This document shows positions 17,242 through 26,300 of a DNA stretch of 32,372 nt, in pieces. Made by a program: the position numbers and the translations under genes. The DNA lies in the IMG/VR virus record IMGVR_UViG_3300032373_001165, positions 1 through 32,372 of that record. One strand, given 5' to 3'. The notes beneath the pieces were generated by a model. That model saw only the letters and a program-made list of their open reading frames with translations. It had not been told where the DNA came from and ran no database searches. The stretch's first letter is position 1; each line of letters starts with the position of its first letter. Origin of the DNA: a virus. Lineage: Duplodnaviria > Caudoviricetes.

Positions 17242-17304
17242 GTTTGATGTCGGCTGTTTGTTTAGGTTTGGCGCATCATTCACCAACCGAAGACAAAACG
17301 CAAG

Positions 17305-18369
17305 ATGCAGCCTTTCGAGATTTTCAAAACCGGCACTCACACCGACAGTAGCGGCGCCAAGATCGTATTCGATCAAGCGCGCTTAAATGCGATTGCCGCA
17401 AATTATGATGCCGGCACGAGACGTGCTCCGATTGTTATCGGTCACCCGAAGGCAGACTTGCCGGCGTATGGCTGGATTAAATCATTGTCGGTCAACGGCG
17501 ATCGGTTAATGGCCACGCCGGAAAGTGTCGATCCAGAATTTGAAGCCATGGTCAAAGAGCAAAGATTTCCGGAACGATCCGCTAGCTTTTTTCTTGAGGA
17601 CAGCCCGCACAACCCGTCCAATGATGCGCCATATTTGCGTCATGTTGGGTTTTTGGGCGCAAAAGCACCAGCGGTTTCTGGCCTAAAACCGGTGGAGTTT
17701 GAAGCTGCCGATACCGACATTATCGAATTTTGCACAACCGAGGCGACTGGTGGTGAGGGCGCGGGCGAATTGATGAACCTGTTTGGTCGCGTTCTTACCT
17801 CTTTTTCCAATTTTATGACTGGCCAAGAAGCCGCTGCCAGTTTTCCCACCAAAACCAAACAACAAACAAAGGAGTCAGAGATGGACGAGGATAAAGACAA
17901 AACGGCTGATTTTGCTGCCAAAGAGGAAGCTCTGGCCAAACGCGAAGCTGAATTTGCCAAACGTGAAGCTGATTTTCACGCAGGGCAAAAAGCAGAGCAA
18001 AACAAAACTGATGCCGCGTTCGTGGCCGGCCTTGAAAAAGACGGCAAACTGGCACCGGGCCTAACCAAATCTGTTACCGAGTTTATGGCCGCTTTGGATG
18101 CCACGGACACCGTGGATTTTTCTACCGGCGAAGACGGCGCGACCAAAGCGCAAACGCCCCATGCTTTTTTCAAAGGCTTTTTAAGCCAGCTTGGAACCAG
18201 CATCAATTTCTCTGAGGTTTCGGGCGAAACTGGCGGTGAACCTGACGATTTGTCCAATGGCAAGGTTCTGGCAGGCAAGGCGGTCGAGTACAAGGCTGCG
18301 CAAGAAAAGCTCGGCCTAACCGTCACGGTTGCCGAGGCGGTCGCTCACGTTCAAAAACAGGAGGCTTAA
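17305..18369 (+). CDS. Mu gpI-like prohead protease/scaffold
   Basis: FEIFKTGTH, APIVIGHP...PAYGW, YLRHVGFLGAKAPAVSGL. Confidence 0.93.
   Translation: MQPFEIFKTGTHTDSSGAKIVFDQARLNAIAANYDAGTRRAPIVIGHPKADLPAYGWIKSLSVNGDRLMATPESVDPEFEAMVKEQRFPERSASFFLEDSPHNPSNDAPYLRHVGFLGAKAPAVSGLKPVEFEAADTDIIEFCTTEATGGEGAGELMNLFGRVLTSFSNFMTGQEAAASFPTKTKQQTKESEMDEDKDKTADFAAKEEALAKREAEFAKREADFHAGQKAEQNKTDAAFVAGLEKDGKLAPGLTKSVTEFMAALDATDTVDFSTGEDGATKAQTPHAFFKGFLSQLGTSINFSEVSGETGGEPDDLSNGKVLAGKAVEYKAAQEKLGLTVTVAEAVAHVQKQEA
17881..18369 (+). CDS. putative nested in-frame scaffold protein (Mu gpZ-like)
   Basis: Internal AAGGAG RBS in an A/C-rich stretch 6 nt before an in-frame ATG. Confidence 0.65.
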   Translation: MDEDKDKTADFAAKEEALAKREAEFAKREADFHAGQKAEQNKTDAAFVAGLEKDGKLAPGLTKSVTEFMAALDATDTVDFSTGEDGATKAQTPHAFFKGFLSQLGTSINFSEVSGETGGEPDDLSNGKVLAGKAVEYKAAQEKLGLTVTVAEAVAHVQKQEA

Positions 18370-18753
18370 ATGCCGCACAATCCACTTCTCACAAAATCAT
18401 TTGTCGCCGAGGGCGCACTAACCAAGCGCCGTTTGGTGAAACTGGGCAGTAGCAATGCGCAAGTGAAACCTGCCGTCGATGGCGCGGCTTTCATTTTGGG
18501 CGTGATCGATCCGGCCGCAGACGTAGCCGATAAAGGCCAAGTCGATATCATCACCGCCGGCATGTCGGATATTGAGGCCGGTGCTGCCGTGGCTTTGGGT
18601 GATGCAATCAGCGCTGATGCTTCTGGACGGGCGGTAAAATCTACCCCGGCTGCCGGAGTGAACGCAAACATCATCGGCTTTGCCTTGGAAGCTGCCACTG
18701 CGGCCGGTGATATTATTTCTATTCAAATCGCCCCTGGGCGCATTCAAGGTTAA
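18370..18753 (+). CDS. capsid cement/decoration protein (DUF2190-like)
   Basis: IEAGAAVALGD.ISADASGRAV, IGFALEAATAAGDII; between protease and capsid. Confidence 0.82.
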   Translation: MPHNPLLTKSFVAEGALTKRRLVKLGSSNAQVKPAVDGAAFILGVIDPAADVADKGQVDIITAGMSDIEAGAAVALGDAISADASGRAVKSTPAAGVNANIIGFALEAATAAGDIISIQIAPGRIQG

Positions 18754-18765
18754 AGGGAGACTTTT

Positions 18766-19692
18766 ATGTCAAGCCAACCATTTGTCACTACACCTGAGCT
18801 GATGGCGATTGTCATCGCAGTTAAACCAAAAGGCTTAATTGCCGATCGGGTACTGCCGCGCGCCACAGTTATGTCGAAGAATTTTAAATACAATCTTTAT
18901 AACACGGTTGAGGCTTTTACGGTTCCTGATACCCGTGTTGGACGAAAATCTGCGCCAAATGTGGTTGAGTTCACCGGCACCCAAGCCAATGGCTCTTGTC
19001 AGGACTACGGTCTCGATGATCTGGTGCCTAATGATGATGTGAAAGCAGCGACACGTGAAAATCTCCCAAATCCAGTTAACCGGGCAATGGAGGGCACTAC
19101 CCGGCTGGTACAGTTGGGCAGAGAACAGCGCGTGGCCAATTTGGTGTTCAGTGCCGCCAGTTATTCAAATAAAACCGCTTTGGTTGGAGCGGCGCAATTT
19201 AGCGATCCAGCATCTGATCCGATTGGCATTATCTCAGCGGGTTTGGATGCATGTCTGGTTCGACCAAATACCATGGTGTTTGGTCAAGGGGCATGGACAG
19301 CATTCCGCAAGCACCCGGCGGTCGTAAAAGCTGTTCATGGCAATGCCGGTGATGCTGGTTTGGCTTCAACGAGGCAGGTAGCTGAATTGTTCGAGGTGGA
19401 CGAGGTGATTGTTGGTCGCGCCCGCATTAACACGGCGGCGCGCGGCAAAGCTGCCAGCTATTCCCAAGCATGGGGAAAACACATTGCATTATTGTTCATT
19501 GATTCGGCGCCGCAAGCCGAAGGTGAGCCGACGTTTGGCTTTACCGCCGAATACGGCGCAAAAGTTGCTGGCACACGGCCTAATTCAACAGCGGGCTTGC
19601 GCGGCGGTATTGATGTGCGTTCCGGCGAAACTGTTGGCGAAGTGATCTCGGCTCCTGATGCTGGGTACTTCATTGAAAATGCGGCGGCTTAA
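18766..19692 (+). CDS. major capsid protein
   Basis: LIADRVLP, REQRVANLV, RPNTMVFG, C-terminal DAGYFIENA; size and position. Confidence 0.9.
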   Translation: MSSQPFVTTPELMAIVIAVKPKGLIADRVLPRATVMSKNFKYNLYNTVEAFTVPDTRVGRKSAPNVVEFTGTQANGSCQDYGLDDLVPNDDVKAATRENLPNPVNRAMEGTTRLVQLGREQRVANLVFSAASYSNKTALVGAAQFSDPASDPIGIISAGLDACLVRPNTMVFGQGAWTAFRKHPAVVKAVHGNAGDAGLASTRQVAELFEVDEVIVGRARINTAARGKAASYSQAWGKHIALLFIDSAPQAEGEPTFGFTAEYGAKVAGTRPNSTAGLRGGIDVRSGETVGEVISAPDAGYFIENAAA

Positions 19693-19694
19693 TC

Positions 19695-19976
19695 ATGAAA
19701 AATCTAATCTTAAAACAAGAACTGCATTTGGGTAAAAAACACCTCAAACCCGGTGACAGTGTGGCTGCAAAAGATTTGCCTGAAGATTTTGCGCAAACCT
19801 TGGTCGGTCGCGGTGATGCCAGTTGGCAAGAGAAACCCAAAAAAGCAACACCTGCCAAAAAGGCTGATGTAAAAAAACCGCAAGAGAAGCAAAAAAAGTC
19901 CGCAGAGTCCAAAACCTTCCCACAAACCGCGGTTGGCAAACCGTCCTCAACACCGCCACCAACACCGAAAAACTAG
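19695..19976 (+). CDS. small Lys/Pro-rich protein downstream of capsid
   Basis: Short N-terminal domain plus low-complexity tail; usual post-capsid position. Confidence 0.7.
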   Translation: MKNLILKQELHLGKKHLKPGDSVAAKDLPEDFAQTLVGRGDASWQEKPKKATPAKKADVKKPQEKQKKSAESKTFPQTAVGKPSSTPPPTPKN

Positions 19977-19979
19977 AAA

Positions 19980-20417
19980 ATGGCGTGGGCAAACCAACAA
20001 GATCTGATCGACCGGTTTGGGCAAGATGAACTTCTTGCCCTTGCCGACCGAGACAATAACAGCGTGATTGATACTGCCATTGTCGATCAAGCGTTGGTTG
20101 ATGCCCAAAGCTTAGCCGAAAGCTATGTTCGCCAGCGATATCCAGCTGGGTTTACTGTAGTTCCTGACTTGCTCAAAAGTCTGGTATGCGATCTGGCCCG
20201 GTTTCGCCTTGATGCCGATAATCCGCGCGATAACGTAACCAAGCGCAATGATGCGGCGATTGCCATTTTGCGCGATATTGCTTCGGGCAAAGCTACTTTG
20301 CTGACCGATTTGGACGGCGCTGGCGGTGCTGATCCGGTTATTTCCAGTGGATCTGATACGGTTTTGGTTGAAAAACGCACTGCTGCGTTTACTGACGACA
20401 CTTTGGCGGATTACTGA
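19980..20417 (+). CDS. Mu gp36/J-like head-tail adaptor (DUF1320)
   Basis: DLIDRFGQDEL..LADR, LVCDLARFRL, AIAILRDIASGK. Confidence 0.92.
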   Translation: MAWANQQDLIDRFGQDELLALADRDNNSVIDTAIVDQALVDAQSLAESYVRQRYPAGFTVVPDLLKSLVCDLARFRLDADNPRDNVTKRNDAAIAILRDIASGKATLLTDLDGAGGADPVISSGSDTVLVEKRTAAFTDDTLADY

Positions 20418-20860
20418 TGTCCGGCGTTAGCGTCCATATTGATGACAGTGCTGCTCGCCAAGCGCTTCGGGCGCTCAGCGGCCAAGCAAAAAACTTGCTT
20501 CCGGTTTTTGATGAAATTGGCGGTGCGATGACCGCTAGCACTTTGCAGCGCTTTGAAAGCGGAACTGCGCCAAATGGCTCGCCATGGTTGCCAAGCCAGC
20601 GGGCTTTGCGCCAAGGCGGTAAAACACTGGTTGATAAAGGTCATTTGCGGGACAGTTTAGTTCACCAAGCCTCCAACTCTTACGTCGATATCGGCACCAA
20701 TTTAATTTATGCCGGCATTCACCAGTTTGGCGGCAAAACCGGTCGAGCTGGAGCGGTAGAAATGCCAGCTCGCCCCTATCTTGGTTTATCCGATGATGAC
20801 AACCGCGATATTTTGGACATCGTCGCTAAACATTTGCGCAAATCGGGGGCAATAAATTGA
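20417..20860 (+). CDS. phage virion morphogenesis protein (Mu gpG / P2 gpS family)
   Basis: TLQRFE..TAPNGSPW, IGTNLIYAGIHQFGG, MPARPYLGLS. Confidence 0.93.
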   Translation: MSGVSVHIDDSAARQALRALSGQAKNLLPVFDEIGGAMTASTLQRFESGTAPNGSPWLPSQRALRQGGKTLVDKGHLRDSLVHQASNSYVDIGTNLIYAGIHQFGGKTGRAGAVEMPARPYLGLSDDDNRDILDIVAKHLRKSGAIN

Positions 20861-21291
20861 TCCAGATGAGCGACATTCAGGCACGGTTAATTGTTCAAAC
20901 CACGACTTTAGATCAAATAGGAACTGCATCTGATTTTGCTGGCATTGCTGATGGCGCAGCTAAAAAGCCGGTGCAAGCATTTGTGTTGCCCGATGCAGAA
21001 ACTGCCGGCGAGCAAAAAAACGCCACCGGAAGATTGGTGCAGATAGTGACTGTTCGTTTCGCGGTGATGATTGCCATTAAATCCGCTGGTGCCAGAACCG
21101 GCGCGAAGCAATTAGACGATGTTAAAGCCGTTCATGATGATGTGCTCGCAGCACTGTTTGGCTGGACACCGCCAGCGGCTCTTAGTCCATGTCTTTATTC
21201 AGGTGCGTCTGTTGTGGCCTTTGATGCCAAATCCGGAGTGCTGTTTTACCAAATGAAATTCACTTCATCCGAACAAATCACTGAAGTTTAA
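20857..21291 (+). CDS. tail terminator-like protein
   Basis: AFVLP..E, V.AALFGWTP motif; precedes tail tube. Confidence 0.78.
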   Translation: MIQMSDIQARLIVQTTTLDQIGTASDFAGIADGAAKKPVQAFVLPDAETAGEQKNATGRLVQIVTVRFAVMIAIKSAGARTGAKQLDDVKAVHDDVLAALFGWTPPAALSPCLYSGASVVAFDAKSGVLFYQMKFTSSEQITEV

Positions 21292-21302
21292 GGAGGTATC
21301 AG

Positions 21303-21494
21303 ATGTCAAAACCAGATCCAAAACCACAAACTGGAGGCCGGTTTGTTATCGAAGATGGCAGCTTGCGAGAGGTAGTCCCACCAACTCAATCACATCGACA
21401 CGGCGATAAGCCGCGCGCGGCAAAACCTAAGTCGAAGCCAAAGCCAGTTGCGCCGGCAAAAAACAACCAAAAATCACAAAACAAGAAAGGCTAA
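21303..21494 (+). CDS. small basic hypothetical protein
   Basis: Strong AAGGAGG RBS; 63 aa before tail tube gene. Confidence 0.7.
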   Translation: MSKPDPKPQTGGRFVIEDGSLREVVPPTQSHRHGDKPRAAKPKSKPKPVAPAKNNQKSQNKKG

Positions 21495-21497
21495 ATC

Positions 21498-22430
21498 ATG
21501 GCTACGATTGATGCGATCAGAAAAGCAATTCTGCTAAAATCCGAAGTAACTTATGGCACCGATATTGTGCCCGGCAACGCCGACGCCTACGAGACCGAAA
21601 ATTTTTCGATCAAGGTGTTTGAAAGTGATGCTAAATCCAGAGATATTGATCGTCCGGGTTTTGGCGGCACGGAAAGCGCCATGGGGCCGGTTTCTGTAAC
21701 CGGATCATTCCAAATCGCGCTTACTGGCGGCGGCGCGGCTGGATCCGCTGCGCCCTACGCGGTACCACTTTTGGCCAGCCAGTTTTCCGAAACTTTAACT
21801 GCTTTGACCAAGGCAGTTTATAGCCCGGTTGGTACCGGCTTTGGCTCGGCCTCGATGTATTTCCATCATGGCGGTCGTCGCCGTCGAATTTTAGGTCTAC
21901 GCGGAGGTTGTGGTTTCAAGTTAGAAGCCGGTTCTTTTCCTTATATGATGTGCAATTTCGCCGGGCTTTACACTTCGCCTACCGATGTCTCTATGCCAGC
22001 GGCGGATTTTAGTGCCTTCAAAAACGCTGACATTATCACCAATGCCAATACCCCAACTTGCACTTTGAACGGGGTAAATCAGATTTTGGAAAGTTTGGAT
22101 ATTTCTGCACCAAGCAATTTTAGTTACACCAACAAGCCGGGCCAAGAGGCGGTGCTGATCAATGCCCGGCGCAATTACACCGCCAGCATCACGGTGAAAC
22201 AAACTGATCTGGCGACATTTAATCCAGAGGCCTTGGCACAAGCCAATACTTTGATGGCTTTGGCGGTGACGCACGGCACCGCCGCTGGCAAGATTGTCAA
22301 AATCACCGCACCACGGTTTCAGATCACCGGAATTACTGAAGGCGAAAGTGATGGCGAAAAGACTTGGGCTCTTTCCGGCACTTTAGTCGATGAGGGGAAC
22401 AATGATGAAGTCGCGCTCGAGCTGGCTTAA
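21498..22430 (+). CDS. major tail tube protein
   Basis: ILLKSEVTYGTD N-terminus, HGTAAGKIV, C-terminal GNNDE; position before chaperone and tape measure. Confidence 0.88.
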   Translation: MATIDAIRKAILLKSEVTYGTDIVPGNADAYETENFSIKVFESDAKSRDIDRPGFGGTESAMGPVSVTGSFQIALTGGGAAGSAAPYAVPLLASQFSETLTALTKAVYSPVGTGFGSASMYFHHGGRRRRILGLRGGCGFKLEAGSFPYMMCNFAGLYTSPTDVSMPAADFSAFKNADIITNANTPTCTLNGVNQILESLDISAPSNFSYTNKPGQEAVLINARRNYTASITVKQTDLATFNPEALAQANTLMALAVTHGTAAGKIVKITAPRFQITGITEGESDGEKTWALSGTLVDEGNNDEVALELA

Positions 22431-22451
22431 CTCTTTAAAAAAAAGAAAATC

Positions 22452-22524
22452 AAACGCCCTTGACGCGCGAAGCGGTGGGGTAAGCAAAAACGCCCTTAAG
22501 CAGTAAAGCGGTAGGGCAAGCAAA
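22452..22524 (+). repeat. 36-bp repeat array 3 (2 diverged units)
   Basis: GCCCTTGACGCGCGAAGCGGTGGGGT at 22456 and GCCCTTAAGCAGTAAAGCGGTAGGGC at 22492; 36-bp period; aligns without gaps to arrays 1 and 2. Confidence 0.9.
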
Positions 22525-22534
22525 GGAGAAACAG

Positions 22535-22930
22535 ATGTCCGTAAATTTTATCTTGCCCAAATCCGGTGCCAAAATCATCGCCCGTTGGCCAGTAAAAATC
22601 CTGCTGCCAACCGAAAACGGGCCAGTGGAGCAAACACTGGTCTGCCTGTTCGAAGTGCTTTCGGAAGCCGATCTAAAGCCGTTTATCGGCCTGAACCTAC
22701 CCGCCATTTTGGACGCCAGTTCTGGCGACAACAAGAAGTCGTTTGTGGATCCATTGACCAAACTGTTAGAGCGGGTTTGGGTTGGCGCCCCGGAGCTAAA
22801 GGACGAAAACGACAAGCCGGTCAAATGGAGCAAATCCGTTCTCAAAAACCTATTACAGCATCGATTTGTTCGCAGCTCGGTTTATCAAGAGTATTTCGCG
22901 TGCATCGAGGGGCGCGCGGTAAAAAACTAA
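22535..22930 (+). CDS. tail assembly chaperone (lambda gpG analogue)
   Basis: AAGGAG RBS; between tube and tape measure; ends in slippery A AAA AAC then TAA. Confidence 0.85.
   Translation: MSVNFILPKSGAKIIARWPVKILLPTENGPVEQTLVCLFEVLSEADLKPFIGLNLPAILDASSGDNKKSFVDPLTKLLERVWVGAPELKDENDKPVKWSKSVLKNLLQHRFVRSSVYQEYFACIEGRAVKN
22921..22927 (+). other. -1 programmed ribosomal frameshift site
   Basis: A-AAA-AAC in the correct phase; -1 frame open to 23304. Confidence 0.82.
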
Positions 22931-23304
22931 AAGCGGCCGCGAAGCTCTGGCTTGCGCCAGACCTACGTGCAGCCGCCAAAGCCGTTGATAATGACTTAAA
23001 AGCGCTGGGTGCGCCGGACAGTGTGCTGGCTGCTCGCGCCGAGCAGCAATATGATGACCAGCCATTTGTCGTTCATAGTGATAATGTGCCAGCTTTTCGT
23101 CTGTTTGCAGCCATGCAAACCCAATGGCGCTGGGTGACAGCAGCGCACACGCCGCATCGGGTTGGTTTTGACTACTCAGTTCTGCCTGTGGTGGCTTCGG
23201 CTGTTGGTGTGAAGGTCAAAAAAAACAACTTTGCAAAGTTACAGGTTTTAGAAGCAGTAGCTTTGGACGTGTTTCGTAAACGCGAAGAACGGCGTAACCA
23301 ATGA
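22921..23304 (+). CDS. frameshift extension of tail chaperone (gpT analogue, DUF1799-like)
   Basis: F.AMQTQWR...GFDYS...LQVLEAVAL; no evident independent start. Confidence 0.82.
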   Translation, partial: KKLKAAAKLWLAPDLRAAAKAVDNDLKALGAPDSVLAARAEQQYDDQPFVVHSDNVPAFRLFAAMQTQWRWVTAAHTPHRVGFDYSVLPVVASAVGVKVKKNNFAKLQVLEAVALDVFRKREERRNQ

Positions 23305-26300
23305 GTCTTAAAACCCATGTCAGGATCACCGGCGATGGCAAATCGTTAGAGGGCGCAACCAAGCTCTCTGAAGCCGGTTTGAAGCGGGTTCGAGGGGCCG
23401 CCAAAGGCGCAGCCGATGGCTTAGATAGAACCAGCGCCGCTGGCAAGCGCTACGAGAACCGCGCGGGTTCTATGGCCAGAAAAAGCCGACTTTTAGCTGC
23501 CGGACTGTCTTCGGTGGTCACGGCGTTGGGCGCGCGGCAATTGATCCAAGCGGATCTGCAATTAGGCGCAATCGAAGCCTCGATGCAAGGTGTTGCCGGC
23601 AGCGCCAACGCCGCGCAAAAAGAACTGACATTTATTCGCGCAGAATCCGAGCGCCTCGGTGTGGTAATGCCGGAAGTGGCTCAAGGCTTTATTCGTATTT
23701 CTGCGGCCGCCAAAGGCACTGAGTTAGAAGGCGCGGGCGTGCGCGATATTTGGCTTTCCCTTGTCGAAGCTGGGGTGGTTTTACAGCGCACCAACGCCGA
23801 TGTGGCAGGTACGTTGTTTGCGGTTGAGCAAATGATCTCAAAAGGCACGGTCACAGCAGAAGAATTAAAACGCCAAATGGGTGATCGTCTGCCCGGTGCG
23901 TTCCAGTTGGCAGCTGATGCCATGAGCGTGTCCACCCAAGAATTAACCAAAATGATGGAAGCTGGCGAGATAATCACTACCGACTTCCTGCCTAAATTTG
24001 CTGCCGCTGTGCGTGAACGTTATGGCGAGGGTTTAACGGCTGCCATGGCACTGCCTAGAGCCGAAATTAACCGCTTAAAGAATGATCTGTTTGAATTTGC
24101 CGCTGAAACAAGTCGCGCCGGTCTTACTGATGGCCTTGTCGAAGCGATTGCTTCTTTGCGCACTGCCTTGAGTGATCCGGAGTTACGCGCTTCAGTGGCA
24201 GACCTTTCCGAATTGATGGGCAATGGGTTTGCATTGGCCGGTGCCAGTGCGGCTTTCTTGGCCAGCAATACTGACGAGCTGGTATTTGTGGTTCGGACAC
24301 TCTTGGCCTTAAATGTTTTGCGCTGGGCCACTGTTGGCGACAAATCATTGTTGGCGCAGGCACGATCTGCGCGCACTGCCGCCGCCGGAATGACGGCTAT
24401 GGGCATTGCCACGAGAGGTGCTTCCGGAGCAATGACCTTATTAGGCGGGCCGATTGGTTTAGCGGTAATCGGCCTTTCAGCATTGGCATTTGCGGTTACA
24501 AAGCACAATGCTGCAATGAAAGCATCTATTGGCATTTCCCGCCAAGAAAAAGAGTTGCTTTCCGAGCTAAACGAATTGCGCGAAGAATCGGTAAATATCA
24601 CCAAAGAAAATGTCGATGAATTAGAAAGAGAGAACCGGGCTTTAGCGGCAAAAAAAGTTAATTTAACTTTGCTGCAATCAGCAACCGCCGAAGCGGTGCA
24701 AGCGCAAATAACTGCCGCCGAAGCATTACAAGGTTTTCAATTAAATCGAAAATCTGGCTCGGTTCCACGTTGGATTTTACTATCGACCGAGCAAATGAAT
24801 ATTTTGGGGCTTGCAACTAAAGACGCAAGGCAAACAACCGATGGTTTTGAGGTTTCATTCAAGCAAGCGCAAAAGGCGGTTGATAAGCTGCGAGCTAGCG
24901 TTGACGCTTATCCTGAAGAGCTGGAAAAAGTTCAAGCTAGACTAGACGAAATAGCCGCCGCCCGCAAAAAATGGGCCGATGAAGAAGCCAAGGCCGAAGC
25001 GGCGCGCACCAGTGCTGCCAAAAACGCACTGACCGATTTGCGCGATCAATTAAACCTCGAAATTCAACTGGCAGGCATGAGCAAGCAACAGGCAGACACT
25101 GAACGCCTTGCCCAGCAAATTTTTGAAAAGGCGCAAAAAGCCAAATCAGATTTAACCTTAGAACAAGCCCGGATTGAAGCGGCTAGTTTTGTGCAGCGAC
25201 GCGATCAGGCGGTGGCGGTACAAGAATGGACGCAGATTGAAATTGATCTGCAAACAAGATTACGCAATGCCGGCATGAACCCGGATGATGTGAGCCGGTT
25301 GGCTGAAGCGCAAGAATTACTTAACGTTGCCAGAGCCGCTGGTCAGGATATCACTTTGGCCGAGATCGTAGCCAAGCTTGAATTGATTGATGAGGAAGAG
25401 CGGTTAAAAGAAGCTAGAGCTGAGTACGATCAATATCTGGCGTTTTTATCGGAAGAAACCGAACTGGCAAAACTGTCCGCAGAAGCCCGTGCCGAAGAAC
25501 TGATCTATTTGGAGCTAAAACGACTGGCTTTGCTGGCCAACAAAGACCTAACCGAAGACGAATTGCGCCTCATCGCCAAGACAGTGGTGGCATCGCGAAA
25601 AGCCGACGCACAGGTGCAGCGATCTGTCCAACAATCGCGCCGGGTGATGGAGCGCACTTTGCGCGGGTTTTCAACCGCCGTGTGGGATCTGTTCACCGGG
25701 CGCGCTGGTGATGCACTGGATCAGGTTGGTCGGATGATCGACCGAGCGGTCGCATTATGGCTGCAAAAGATGATTTTAGAGCCGCTGATCCGGCCCATTT
25801 TGGAACCGATCTTTGGCCTTGGCGGCGGCGGTGTGCCGGGTGCAGCAGGCGCTGTTGGTCTGCTTGGCGCTGGCGGTGGCAATGTCGGCCTATTCGGCGG
25901 TCTGGGACTTCTCTTGGGCGGAATTGAAGCGGCAGCTCTACAAGTTGGTGGCAGTGTGGCAACCTTGCTTGGCCGTGTCGGTGTTGGCACAACTTTGTCG
26001 ACGCAAATCGGCGCTGGTCTTGGCCTTGGCATTGCTGGCGCACCGTGGGCTTTTGGCGGCACGCTGGCCGGGCAAGTATTGGGCTTGAACGGCTACCAAA
26101 ACGGCACAGTGCAGGCCGGTGCAAATTTTATCGGTGGTGGACTTGGGTTCTTGGCCGGTGGCCCGCTGGGAGCAATTATTGGCGGCGTTATCTCTCAAGC
26201 TTTGGGAACCCTGTTTGCCGATCGCGACTATCCTTACGCCCGGGCTGATGTGAACTATCTAAACGGGCAGTTTATTGTCGGCGGCACCGAGTCGCTGGAC

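Noticed and set aside
17935-17976. 21-bp tandem duplication (AKREAEF/AKREADF)
   Set aside because: Ordinary heptad repeat in a scaffold coiled coil.
19889-19950. Possible degenerate fourth copy of the 36-bp repeat (AAAAAAGTCC; GCGGTTGGCAAACCGTCCTCAA)
   Set aside because: Only short partial matches, wrong spacing and no intact stem, in a low-complexity Lys/Pro-rich coding region; may be chance.
22585-22920. 5' part of the 239-aa ORF
   Set aside because: Off-frame overlap with the tail chaperone; only the portion after the slippery site looks like real protein.
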